DNA of 64,000 nucleotides from Parcubacteria group bacterium (GCA_041659065.1 JBAZYY010000002.1:24091-88090), one strand, 5' to 3'; positions 48,127-57,262 are shown, numbered from the stretch's first letter. Notes: generated from the sequence alone by a model not told the origin. Made by a program: numbers and translations.

Positions 48127-48380
48127 CCTTTTTTCGATTTATTTATTTGTGGTTAATGTTTTAACCAAACTAAGATTATTTCCCCCTATAATCTTTCTTA
48201 TTATTACGAGAGGCAGCTTTGAATATTTTCAGAAATATATTTATTTTTATTAATGTTTTATATAAACCAACAGCATTTGCCGTCTTTTTCCATATAACGG
48301 ATATACATGCAAAAGTTTCATCGTGAAGATGAAACTTTATCATAAATATCCGATTTAATTGTCTTTCCAAAACTTTGAGC

Positions 48381-48794
48381 TTAAAACGGCTCCGGGTATA
48401 ATTTCCCCAGAGTTGTTTTTTGGAAATTTTCTTCTCCGGTCGGCCAAACATACATCGGCAGCTTCAAGTTTTTTCCGCCTAGCTGATACAGTGCGTTCAG
48501 GCACACTCCGCATGTGCCTCCGATTTTTTTGAGATCCCGAAAAGTTCCCTGATATGAAACGAGAATGGCTTCAATTTTTTTCTCCCCTTCCGAAAGAGCC
48601 TTGAGAAGCGCTACTCTTTCTGCGCAATAATCCATCGGACACCCATCGAAACTGCATCCACCGTATACTTTGCCGGATCCGCCCAGGATCGCCGCTCCAA
48701 AGGCTGATTTAGCGGGCTTAACATTAGAAAACTTCATTGCCTTTTCCGCCGTCTCGAACATTTCCCAAATTTTTTCCTTGGTAATATTTTTCAT
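48381..48794 (-). CDS. cdd: Cytidine deaminase
   Basis: CAERVAL and TCGVC zinc-binding motifs align with homotetrameric CDD (CAERTA…PCGAC). Confidence 0.75.
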   Translation of the reverse strand: MKNITKEKIWEMFETAEKAMKFSNVKPAKSAFGAAILGGSGKVYGGCSFDGCPMDYCAERVALLKALSEGEKKIEAILVSYQGTFRDLKKIGGTCGVCLNALYQLGGKNLKLPMYVWPTGEENFQKTTLGKLYPEPF

Positions 48795-48803
48795 AAAATC
48801 ACT

Positions 48804-49283
48804 CTAAAACTGCGGCCTATTTCTAAAAAGCGACCCTGAGCCCTGCGGGCTTTTTTTTGATCCACCGCCCCCTGGCGAGCTTGCGCTAATACCTCTCGCA
48901 CCGTTTCTGTTGAGATCAGCTCTCCTGTCTTTTAGTCGATAAGCCGCTCTTGGACGAATTGCGCTTGGTTGCCCAGCGTTCGGTTCGTCCGAGGAAAATG
49001 ATCGACTGCTGACAAAATAGCCGGATTTCTTAGCCTCATCCATAATCTGCCTGACATCGCTGTTAGCAAAATATTTGTTTTCCCTCAACCCTCTTTGCAC
49101 CCGAGACATGGCCTCGCCCTCGTCTCCGCCTGATTTTTCAATAGCGCTTTGAAATATCTTCAAAAGCTCATTCTTCTTATTGCCCCTATCTACAATTTCC
49201 CCAACTTTTTCGTCACCAATAAACTTGCGGAAACCCGCACTTTTTTTGTGGCTAAAATCCCTTAAATAAATTTTTCGAGCCAT
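48804..49283 (-). CDS. Hypothetical protein with Gly/Ser/Arg-rich C-terminus
   Basis: 159-aa ORF. Confidence 0.4.
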   Translation of the reverse strand: MARKIYLRDFSHKKSAGFRKFIGDEKVGEIVDRGNKKNELLKIFQSAIEKSGGDEGEAMSRVQRGLRENKYFANSDVRQIMDEAKKSGYFVSSRSFSSDEPNAGQPSAIRPRAAYRLKDRRADLNRNGARGISASSPGGGGSKKSPQGSGSLFRNRPQF

Positions 49284-49313
49284 ATTTTATTCGGTTAATT
49301 TTTTCCATTATTT

Positions 49314-49383
49314 CGGAGTGGGGAGAATCGAACTCCCGATACAAGACCCCCAGCCTTGCGTACTACCACTATACTACACTCCG
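49314..49383 (-). tRNA. tRNA-Pro (anticodon GGG)
   Basis: 70-nt cloverleaf folded by hand: acceptor CGGAGTG/CACTCCG, D-arm GTAT…GTAC, anticodon loop CTGGGGG (U33, G37), T-arm GGGAG-TTCGATT-CTCCC; no encoded CCA. Confidence 0.85.
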
Positions 49384-49511
49384 ATCTTTTTCTTTAAATA
49401 ATTTTCTAGCTTGCCTTTCAAAGCCTCTCTTCTATAGCCACTTTTAAGAAATGTTTCCGCCACTAAAACATCTTTTTTCTCCCCACATGCTTCGAAAAAC
49501 ACCAGTTTGAA

Positions 49512-49796
49512 TTATTTTTGCGCGCTTTTCAGCGAATCTTCCAGTCTAACATTTTCTTTGGCAAGATCGTCATTCGCCCGCATTAAATCGTCCTGCGCAT
49601 CTTTCATTTTCTCCATTTCAGATTCCATGCTCTTTACCGCATCGGCAAGCCCGCCTAATTTTCTTCTTAAACCATCTAAATTGCCGCTTACGTTTTCTAT
49701 CTCCCTGCTCTTAAGCTCGTAGTTTATCGTATCCAGCTGTTTTTTAATACTTTCTGAATCTCTTGCCGCATCGTTAATTTGGTCGTAAAGCGCCAT
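49512..49796 (-). CDS. Hypothetical coiled-coil protein
   Basis: 94 aa, heptad-like charged pattern. Confidence 0.4.
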   Translation of the reverse strand: MALYDQINDAARDSESIKKQLDTINYELKSREIENVSGNLDGLRRKLGGLADAVKSMESEMEKMKDAQDDLMRANDDLAKENVRLEDSLKSAQK

Positions 49797-50024
49797 GTTT
49801 TTGTCTAAATTATTAATTTAAAACTAACAAAAATTTAGCACAAAAAATAAAAAAGGGGAAGTATCTTTTAAGATGTTGCCCCGATGATATTTTATCGACG
49901 AAATTTTTAAAAACAAACTAATGGCTTATCTCTAAAAATGGAATTGGGGAGCTCCTCGTAATTAAGTAAGCTCCCCTTTCGAATTTCGAGAACGCATCGA
50001 AAATAATCAACTATTTATCCCATT

Positions 50025-50198
50025 TCAGTTGTCTGCGAACAGCCCTCCATAAAACACGAAATCATGTATTCGCAGTTTTTTAATAGCCGCGGCTGACCCC
50101 TTTCTTTCTATCAGCTTTTTAACCCGCTTAATTCTCGCATAACCTGCTGGCCGCTTATTGCCTTTGCCATCCTCCCCAGAAACTTTTCCCTCGACCAT
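50025..50198 (-). CDS. Small basic protein (57 aa), unannotated by the ORF track
   Basis: ATG at 50198 preceded by AAGGAGGT RBS (7-nt spacer); MVEGKVSGEDGKGNKRPAGYARIKRVKKLIERKGSAAAIKKLRIHDFVFYGGLFADN. Confidence 0.45.
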   Translation of the reverse strand: MVEGKVSGEDGKGNKRPAGYARIKRVKKLIERKGSAAAIKKLRIHDFVFYGGLFADN

Positions 50199-50305
50199 AA
50201 GCCCTACCTCCTTGAGGTTAATACCATCCGCTGATGGTAAAAAATATCCACCGGGGGTTTCCCGCTGGGTTTAGTATTTTATCTTCTGATTTGGGTTGAT
50301 TTTTT

Positions 50306-50398
50306 CTAAAACACTTTACTCAGCGAAAAACCGAAGTTTTGAATAAACTTCTTCTTGAGAATTACCGTATAAATATTTTTCGCTGAATTTCGATTCAT
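50306..50398 (-). CDS. Candidate 30-aa peptide, paralog of 50512..50622
   Basis: MNRNSAKNIYTVILKKKFIQNFGFSLSKVF; shares the GFSLS(K/R)VF C-terminus with the upstream peptide. Confidence 0.2.
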   Translation of the reverse strand: MNRNSAKNIYTVILKKKFIQNFGFSLSKVF

Positions 50399-50454
50399 GT
50401 TAATTTAACTTTATCTCATCTTCGAAAATACGTCAAATAAATTTCGCTCTTTCT

Positions 50455-50485
50455 TTGAAAAAAAGAGCCGGGTTTTTCGCCCGGC
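50455..50485 (-). terminator. Intrinsic terminator (minus strand) between the two candidate peptide genes
   Basis: GCCGGG-TTTTTCG-CCCGGC stem with the U-run on the minus strand (plus-strand A-run 50457-50464). Confidence 0.45.
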
Positions 50486-50511
50486 GGAGTGTTTTACGTG
50501 CTATAAGAAAT

Positions 50512-50622
50512 TTAGTTTGTAATCTTATGAAATACTCTGCTCAGTGAAAAACCAGTACTCACTAGCAGTAGCATGAGAACCAACATTGTCTGGGTCATAA
50601 TATTCGCCAAGTAGATTTTCAT
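50512..50622 (-). CDS. Candidate 36-aa hydrophobic peptide
   Basis: MKIYLANIMTQTMLVLMLLLVSTGFSLSRVFHKITN; followed by a terminator hairpin. Confidence 0.25.
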   Translation of the reverse strand: MKIYLANIMTQTMLVLMLLLVSTGFSLSRVFHKITN

Positions 50623-50738
50623 AACAACCTTTATTTTATTAAAATGGCTTACTGCAGTCAAGCCGCTTATCCACAATTATCTATTGCTTTTTTGTCTTTT
50701 CTATTACCTCGTTATAATCAATATTTATCAGAAATTTA

Positions 50739-51728
50739 CTACCATACTTTGTAGGATGGAAGTATTCGCATTTCTTCACTCGTAAAACGATCTTCATTAT
50801 AAAATACTGAGGCAGCAGCCCCTAGAAGCGGAGCGTCCTCTCCCAATATAGAAACTTTAATCTTGGGCTGACGCAAAAATTTGTCAACATTTTTTAGCGC
50901 TGGCTTCAATATTAATTGTTTATTATTCAAAACGACTGATCCACCTAAAACAATTAATTCCGGGTCATAAGCTGCGATAACGTTTGAAATTCCCCTGCCG
51001 TTGATTTTACCCAGATCTTCAATAAACCAAAGGCAGATTTTATCGCCTGATTTTGCCTCTTCAAAAATATCTTTTGCCGAATTTAGCTTTCGGAAATCCA
51101 AATTTTTTCCTTTTGTCCAAGCTTTAAAAAATTTTGGAATATTTCTTCCAGAAGCATATGCTTCCCAATGACCTCGTCCCTTTTTGCATGTGCAGGTTAG
51201 GTTATATTGAGTATCGACAGTTATATGCCCAACTTCTGCTGCATTACCATCTTTCCCTAAAAGCAATCTGCCATCCATAAAAACTCCTCCACCGACACCT
51301 GTAGACATAGTGATGTAAACTACATTGGAAATTTTTTTCCCCTCTCCAAAAAATTTTTCCGCCAGCACTCCCACGTTGCAATCATTATATAAAACCACCG
51401 GGAAAGAAAAAACTTTCTTGAGCGGATCGACAATCGGGATACAATTAAAATATAGATTCGGCGGGTTAATACTACCGCCTCTTTTAAAATCAATTGGTCC
51501 CGCTATACTTACCCCTAATCCCAGTATATTGGCTTTTGATTGATCCTTAAGTAGAAGATTAGTCTCTCTGGTAATCTGCTTGGAAATTGCAAAATTATTT
51601 CCTTGGCGGACAGTTTTAGTTAATATTTTTTTTATAATCCTACCTTTATCATCCACGATAGCAGTTCGAAAATTTGTCGCGCCAATATCCACCGCGATTG
51701 CAAGATTTTTTTGGTTTCTTTTTTTCAT
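50739..51728 (-). CDS. ROK-family sugar kinase (glucokinase-like)
   Basis: AIAVDIGATNFR, GVGGGV, zinc motif H…CTCKKGRGHWEAYASG. Confidence 0.8.
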   Translation of the reverse strand: MKKRNQKNLAIAVDIGATNFRTAIVDDKGRIIKKILTKTVRQGNNFAISKQITRETNLLLKDQSKANILGLGVSIAGPIDFKRGGSINPPNLYFNCIPIVDPLKKVFSFPVVLYNDCNVGVLAEKFFGEGKKISNVVYITMSTGVGGGVFMDGRLLLGKDGNAAEVGHITVDTQYNLTCTCKKGRGHWEAYASGRNIPKFFKAWTKGKNLDFRKLNSAKDIFEEAKSGDKICLWFIEDLGKINGRGISNVIAAYDPELIVLGGSVVLNNKQLILKPALKNVDKFLRQPKIKVSILGEDAPLLGAAASVFYNEDRFTSEEMRILPSYKVW

Positions 51729-51854
51729 AAATAATTCAGGCTCTTATAACTAATATTTTAGCACAAAAAAGAAAAACTTTGGTTTGATGATTATGCGTTT
51801 TACTTCGCCATTTTAACAGCTTGAAATTTTACGTCAAACAGCTATCATAAATGC

Positions 51855-52961
51855 ATGCTCAGACTAATTTACGCAAACACATTGGACAGCGATGCTCATT
51901 ACGCGGTCAAAACCGCTAATATTTCTTCTTTTTTTTATCTCGAGAAAAATAAACAAAAGTTGGCATTTCTGGACAGAAGAGAATTCGGCTTGATTCCAAA
52001 GGGAACCGGCGTGAAATCCATATTGGTGGAAAAATTTCTGGCATCAGCAAAAAAATTAAAGTTTCAAACGAGCGGCCGCAATAAACTCGCTTATGTGATT
52101 TTCAAAGAATACAGGCTCTTTGGAAAAAAAGTAGAGGTACCAGCTCACTTTCCGCTGGATATGGCGGATTTTTTGAGAAAAAACGGCGCGAAGTTAGTGC
52201 CAACCTATCCATTTTTCCCCGAAAGAGCCATTAAGTCCAAGCCAGAAATTGGATTCATCAAGGAAAGCCTGAAGCACACTCGAGGCGCTTTCGGAATTAT
52301 CGAAAAGATTCTCGCAAATTCCAAAATTAAGGGAAGTAGAATTTATTATGAGAATAAAATGCTCACTAGCGAATATCTAAAACAGGAAGCGGAAAAGGCG
52401 CTTATTGAAAAAGGAATGTTTGATCTTCTTGGCATGATTATTTCAACCGGAGAGCAGACTACCACTCCCCACCATGACGGCACTGGCCCGATTTTACCCC
52501 ATCGCCCGATCGTCTGTGATATTTTCCCGCGCCACCGAAAATCCGGGTACTATGCCGACATGACCCGAACCTATGTCAAAGGCAAACCCGACTCAAAACT
52601 TGAAAAAATGCACGTCGCGGTTTTTAAAGCCCAACGAGCGGCCACTAGTAAAATCCGCGCAGGAATTTCAGCCGCTGAAGTTTATCAAGCTGCGGCTGAT
52701 TCAATATTAAGATCTGGCTTCGATGTTGGCGAAACAGGCTTTTTACATGGGCTGGGGCACGGAGTCGGCCTTGATATCCACGAAGCGCCCAGTCTAAAAG
52801 CAACTTCCAAAGATATTTTAGAAGCTGGAAATATTATTACGGTTGAGCCAGGGTTATATTATCCCGAAATTGGGGGTATACGTATCGAAGATATGGTTTT
52901 AGTGACAAAAAAGAGCTGCCAAAACCTTACAAATTATCCAAAAAAGCTAGTCATCCCTTAA
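51855..52961 (+). CDS. M24 family Xaa-Pro aminopeptidase-like metallopeptidase
   Basis: Pita-bread C-terminal domain with H…D…D…HGLGHGVGLDIHE…E…E ligands. Confidence 0.8.
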   Translation: MLRLIYANTLDSDAHYAVKTANISSFFYLEKNKQKLAFLDRREFGLIPKGTGVKSILVEKFLASAKKLKFQTSGRNKLAYVIFKEYRLFGKKVEVPAHFPLDMADFLRKNGAKLVPTYPFFPERAIKSKPEIGFIKESLKHTRGAFGIIEKILANSKIKGSRIYYENKMLTSEYLKQEAEKALIEKGMFDLLGMIISTGEQTTTPHHDGTGPILPHRPIVCDIFPRHRKSGYYADMTRTYVKGKPDSKLEKMHVAVFKAQRAATSKIRAGISAAEVYQAAADSILRSGFDVGETGFLHGLGHGVGLDIHEAPSLKATSKDILEAGNIITVEPGLYYPEIGGIRIEDMVLVTKKSCQNLTNYPKKLVIP

Positions 52962-52992
52962 ACTTGGAACCCTGGGTTCCAAGTCAATAACT

Positions 52993-53667
52993 TTATGTCT
53001 TCTGGTCTTTTCTTGCAACCAGCATAATCATTTCATAATTTTCGTCTTCCTTATCGTCATATTTTAAAGGAAATTCTTTTTGCTCTATTGTAAATTCATT
53101 TGCTTCTAAAAGCTTGCAAAGCTTTTTGTTATTTTCAACTCCCTTTTTAGAAAGTAAACTTCTAGTAGATTCAAATGTTCTTCCTGGCTCATTTAAAATT
53201 ATGAATCTTCCGCCTGGTTTTAAGAACCTCGCAAATGCGCCCAACACTTCCTTGCAATCAACGTAATTTAATATTTCCGAAAATATCATAGTATCCACCC
53301 GTTCTCTATCCTTCTCGACACGCGGATCTATATTTAAGAAACTGCATATTTTCATAACTGCTTTTTTGAATCTAAAAGAAGATTCTTCTTTAGCTTTTTC
53401 AATATCAGCTCTTATATGTTGACGCCACTCGTTTCTCGTTTCATTACCAAATAAATCAATAGTTATAATTTTTTTATCTTTTTGTAAATATTCCGCCATT
53501 GGAAAGCTGCCGCTTCCAACATCTATGACGATTTCTCCTATTTTTCCCTCCTGTTCAAGCCCACGCAGAAAAGGAATAAAATGCTGCTTTCGTAATTTTT
53601 CCTGATATCCAACTCCCCAAGCTTTTTGCCAAAATTTTATTTTTTCACCTTTTTCCATAAAAGACAT
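52993..53667 (-). CDS. Class I SAM-dependent methyltransferase
   Basis: Motif I IDVGSGSG-like (VIDVGSGSFP), motif post-II LKPGGRFIIL. Confidence 0.7.
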   Translation of the reverse strand: MSFMEKGEKIKFWQKAWGVGYQEKLRKQHFIPFLRGLEQEGKIGEIVIDVGSGSFPMAEYLQKDKKIITIDLFGNETRNEWRQHIRADIEKAKEESSFRFKKAVMKICSFLNIDPRVEKDRERVDTMIFSEILNYVDCKEVLGAFARFLKPGGRFIILNEPGRTFESTRSLLSKKGVENNKKLCKLLEANEFTIEQKEFPLKYDDKEDENYEMIMLVARKDQKT

Positions 53668-53712
53668 AATTTTGTGAATACCCTACTCTCAGTTAATTAT
53701 AAAATATTTATA

Positions 53713-54246
53713 CTATATTTGGGCGGTTTTTTGTTGGCTGAATTTTTGCACTAAAAATGGAAAGGACTCATAGATGCCAAAGAAAATTCCAGTATAAGCC
53801 AGATCTCCGATAAAACTGTTTCGAAAAAAAGGAAGAGCCAAAGTAAAACAGGATAGCAATCCTGGTAAGGTATGCGGGTACCAATTAAAAAAAGTCCAGA
53901 CCGCAAAATTCGTAATAACAAAAAAAATTACGGAAGACAGGATTGAAGCCAGCGCTATATTAAGCCACCGCTTTCGTTTCTTTAGCCGCCAACCGATGCC
54001 AAACGCAAGTGCGATGCTCAAATAGACCGAGACCATGACTTGCCAGTTGTAAAAGCCGATAAAATAATCACTCACAAGCATCGCCCCTAGCGGTAAAACT
54101 AGTCCCCAGCGTTTCCTGAGATAGCATCCCGAAAAAATACTCATTGCAACAACTGGGGTGAAATTGAAAGGATGCTTAACGAGCCTTGAAGCAGCGGCAA
54201 GCAAAATTATCGCCCCCGCGAAAATGATTTTACCTTTTTTTGACAT
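53713..54246 (-). CDS. Small polytopic membrane protein (possible ECF-type S-component-like transporter; function unknown)
   Basis: 177 aa, 5-6 TM helices, Trp/Phe-rich; lies immediately downstream of the MtrA/ThyA-like gene. Confidence 0.35.
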   Translation of the reverse strand: MSKKGKIIFAGAIILLAAASRLVKHPFNFTPVVAMSIFSGCYLRKRWGLVLPLGAMLVSDYFIGFYNWQVMVSVYLSIALAFGIGWRLKKRKRWLNIALASILSSVIFFVITNFAVWTFFNWYPHTLPGLLSCFTLALPFFRNSFIGDLAYTGIFFGIYESFPFLVQKFSQQKTAQI

Positions 54247-54256
54247 ATGCTTATTT

Positions 54257-55681
54257 TTATTTCGGGAGTTTTAAGGGTTCGTCCTGGATATAATCCAAAT
54301 CCAGTTTTATCGCCGTTTCCGCTTTCTGCAGCTCTGCGCCCAGATCGAGCGCGTGAGCAATAAGTGAAATTCCCAAATTCTGATCGATTTTTTTGGCGAT
54401 CTCAATAGACGCTTTTCTCGCCAGACCATCTTGCTTTATCGTTTCAAGAAGCGACCCCTCCGGACTGAAATGGGAAACGATAATCTCCTTATTTTTTCTA
54501 TTGATTTCGATTTTAAAATATCCTCGCGGATCTTCTTCGAATTGGTATCCCTTATCTTGAGCCGCGGTAATTTTCTGTGCTTCATCCCAATTGAAGTCGT
54601 AAACATGCGCGCTCGCCGAAATTATCGTAAGCGGCCCCATCAACAGTTTCGTTTCGTCGCAGATATTTTTTTGCAGCCTTCTGAGGCCGAAAGCGTTAAG
54701 CGGCCAACCACCAAAAAGGTCATGGGATCTCACATACGCGTTCAAGTGAAGCTTTTCCTGATTATAAAGCGCTTGGATTAGCACAATACAGGGCCGATGC
54801 TCCGCGTCATGATCAATCGTGGGATCAAACAACGTTCCCACGGCTTCGCGGGTATTCCTGTCTTTTTTGAGTTTGGCAATGATTTTTTTGAGTTGGTTCA
54901 CCTTAAAATGAGCCTGAAGCCGGTTGCCATACGTATAGTGCAGTCCTGGATTTTTTTCTTTACCGACTATTTGCGGCAGATATTCTTCAATTTTTTCCCG
55001 ACTAAACCCCAGCCAGTCCGGCACAAAAAAATTTTCGGGATCCTCATCAGTGACTACCGCCGCGAGGTTCGCAATTTCCTTTATCTTCATCGCGTCAGTT
55101 TCTTTGACATCGCCGAACCGCAAAACAGTTTTTAGCAGTTTAAGCCAAGTATCCGCAATGGTTTTTCCCCGCACCTTGAAAACCGAGCTATCGGTGGGGA
55201 AATGGCATTCAAGCCCCCCGGAACCCATTGCTTCCGGCTCCGGAAAATTTTCCGCCTCTCCATATGATCCCAGGCTCAAATCAAGCTTCCCGATTTCCAC
55301 TTCTATTTTTTTGCCATCTTCTTCGCCAACCAGATTGATTAGCTTTACGTTTTCAATCAAGTTTCCGACAGATTCAGTCTTAATTTCTTTTTGAAGACTT
55401 GCGCTTTTTCCCGTTTTCCACAATTTCATGAGTTCCGCTCCGGACCCCGAACGGTCCTGTCCACAAACGACAATGTAACGAATATTCTTATTCGCCAGAA
55501 GGTTTCGCACGAGATAGTTTATCCCATTTTTCGTATAGAGCTGGCCCGCTACCGAATATCCTTTCTTATCAATATTTTTCGTGATCTGGTCGCAAATCGT
55601 CCATAGCGTAACGATCCCCACCGGCGCTTTGGGATCTCCAAGTTTTAGCAAGTCTTTATAATAAGTGAGATTTTTAGACAT
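54257..55681 (-). CDS. Three-part protein: MtrA-like N-domain + thymidylate-synthase-like fold + DUF4346-like C-domain
   Basis: N-terminus PVGIVTLWT…NKNIRYIVVCGQD parallels MtrA (CVAVLTLGS…NPNIRFLILCGSE); centre aligns along ThyA (…REAVGTLFDP, RPCIVLIQALY with Cys, YVRSHDLFGGWPLN, SAHVYDFNW). Confidence 0.6.
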   Translation of the reverse strand: MSKNLTYYKDLLKLGDPKAPVGIVTLWTICDQITKNIDKKGYSVAGQLYTKNGINYLVRNLLANKNIRYIVVCGQDRSGSGAELMKLWKTGKSASLQKEIKTESVGNLIENVKLINLVGEEDGKKIEVEIGKLDLSLGSYGEAENFPEPEAMGSGGLECHFPTDSSVFKVRGKTIADTWLKLLKTVLRFGDVKETDAMKIKEIANLAAVVTDEDPENFFVPDWLGFSREKIEEYLPQIVGKEKNPGLHYTYGNRLQAHFKVNQLKKIIAKLKKDRNTREAVGTLFDPTIDHDAEHRPCIVLIQALYNQEKLHLNAYVRSHDLFGGWPLNAFGLRRLQKNICDETKLLMGPLTIISASAHVYDFNWDEAQKITAAQDKGYQFEEDPRGYFKIEINRKNKEIIVSHFSPEGSLLETIKQDGLARKASIEIAKKIDQNLGISLIAHALDLGAELQKAETAIKLDLDYIQDEPLKLPK

Positions 55682-55685
55682 CGCT

Positions 55686-56186
55686 TTAGTATAACACTTT
55701 ATACTTTAGCATTACCGAGTCATCGTTAATTTTTTCGACATTCAAAAGTTTTAGATTTACGTCAAAATCTCCGCCGAGGATTCCCAGCCCATCCCCGAAA
55801 ATTTTCGGTTCGATCGTAAGATAGATTTCATCCACTAGTTTATTTTTCAAAAATTGGGTGTTGAGAAATGATCCCCCGCCTAAAATCGCCGACTTATAGC
55901 CCATTCCTTCCAGTTCTTCCAAGACTTTTTGCGGTTCACCCGAAACCCATTTCACGTTTTCAATTTCAGGCGGATTTTTTTCAAGCGTAAAAACAACATT
56001 GAGCCGGTCAGGTAATGGCTTTGGGAATGTGAAAAAGGTCTTGTCGCCCATTATCACAACCCCATGCTCTTTTGAGATTTTCGCGAACATTTTTTTGTCT
56101 TCTTTTGACGTCCAATCCGGAAAATGATCGCTGGATTTCGCGATCTTGCCATCAGCCGTCACCGCCATCATGAGAATTATTTTCAT
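55686..56186 (-). CDS. folA: Dihydrofolate reductase family protein (DHFR/RibD_C-like)
   Basis: MKIILMMAVTADGKIA…VIMGDKTF…LPDR…GGGSF pattern of the DHFR-like fold. Confidence 0.7.
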   Translation of the reverse strand: MKIILMMAVTADGKIAKSSDHFPDWTSKEDKKMFAKISKEHGVVIMGDKTFFTFPKPLPDRLNVVFTLEKNPPEIENVKWVSGEPQKVLEELEGMGYKSAILGGGSFLNTQFLKNKLVDEIYLTIEPKIFGDGLGILGGDFDVNLKLLNVEKINDDSVMLKYKVLY

Positions 56187-56257
56187 AATCTTTCAAAAAA
56201 AATAAATTCGCGAAGCGACACCCCCACTTTTCACTTTAAACTTTACACTTTTAACTT
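56187..56257. repeat. Half-copy of the family B palindromic element between folA and thyA
   Basis: AAATTCGCGAAGCGACACCCCCACTTTTCACTTTAAACTTTACACTTTTAACTTTTACG. Confidence 0.5.
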
Positions 56258-57262
56258 TTACGAGCCTCCCACATTCACGATTTCCGCTTTGATTGCCGGG
56301 TGTGGATCATAGCCTTCCAGAGAAAAATCTTCATAAACGAAGTCATCGATATCCTTTTTATCTGGATTTAATTTCAATGTCGGAAATGGTTTTGGCTCTC
56401 GCGATAGCTGTTCCTTTACTTGTTCAAAATGATTCGAGTAAACATGCACGTCTCCGAAAAAGTGAACAAATTCGCCGGCGGGGATCCCCACAACTTGCGA
56501 GACCATTTGAAGAAGCAGCGCGTAGCTCGCGATATTAAACGGCACGCCAAGAAACAAATCGGCGCTCCTCTGGTACATGCCAAGATTCAGCTTATCGTTA
56601 ACAACCGCGAATTGAAAAGTCGTATGGCAAAACGGCGGCACTTCGTTTCGGTTTTCGGGTGATGCCATGGCGTAAATGAAATCCGGATTCCAAGCTGAAA
56701 CAACATATGATTTTCGATAAGGCTTGTCTTTGAGTCCGTTTATGCAATACCCCAGCTGATCAATGAGATGCCCGTCGCTTCCCGGCCATTTACGCCACAT
56801 CCGGCCGTAAATCGTCACGAGATCCCCCCATTTTTTCACAAATTCACTATCCGCCGATTCGGATTTTAGTTTGGCGATAAAATCTTTTTGTTCCAGATCT
56901 TTCTCCGGATAATTCTCAAGACAATATTTGTGATATTTTTTCCAAGCCCACTCATCCCAAATATGGACATCCCGGTCAACTAAATATTTAATGTTTGAGT
57001 CCCCAGTCAAAAACCAAAGAAGTTCTTCGAATATTCCCCGATAAAAAACTTTCTTCGTCGTAAGCAGCGGAAAGCCCTGCGCAAGATCAAAACGAATAAC
57101 CCGTCCAAAAACGGATCGGATAAAAGGCAGCTCCTCACCTTTTTTCCTGTATTGCGCCTGAACCTCCGGCGTCAGAAAAAGCGGCTTGTCCGCGCCGTTA
57201 TCAAGAATATCTTGGATTAAATTTAGATATTGATATTCGGGATGTTTTTGATTTTTTTCCAT
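56258..57262 (-). CDS. thyA: Thymidylate synthase (ThyA, long form)
   Basis: RFDLAQGFPLLTTKK, ELLWFLTG, PPFCHTTFQF (catalytic Cys), YQRSADLFLGVPFNIASYALL, GDVHVYSNH. Confidence 0.9.
   Translation of the reverse strand: MEKNQKHPEYQYLNLIQDILDNGADKPLFLTPEVQAQYRKKGEELPFIRSVFGRVIRFDLAQGFPLLTTKKVFYRGIFEELLWFLTGDSNIKYLVDRDVHIWDEWAWKKYHKYCLENYPEKDLEQKDFIAKLKSESADSEFVKKWGDLVTIYGRMWRKWPGSDGHLIDQLGYCINGLKDKPYRKSYVVSAWNPDFIYAMASPENRNEVPPFCHTTFQFAVVNDKLNLGMYQRSADLFLGVPFNIASYALLLQMVSQVVGIPAGEFVHFFGDVHVYSNHFEQVKEQLSREPKPFPTLKLNPDKKDIDDFVYEDFSLEGYDPHPAIKAEIVNVGGS

Noticed and set aside
48176-48451. 91-aa minus-strand ORF
   Set aside because: Overlaps the 3' part of cdd and the AT-rich hairpin tract; Lys-rich low-complexity; no RBS.
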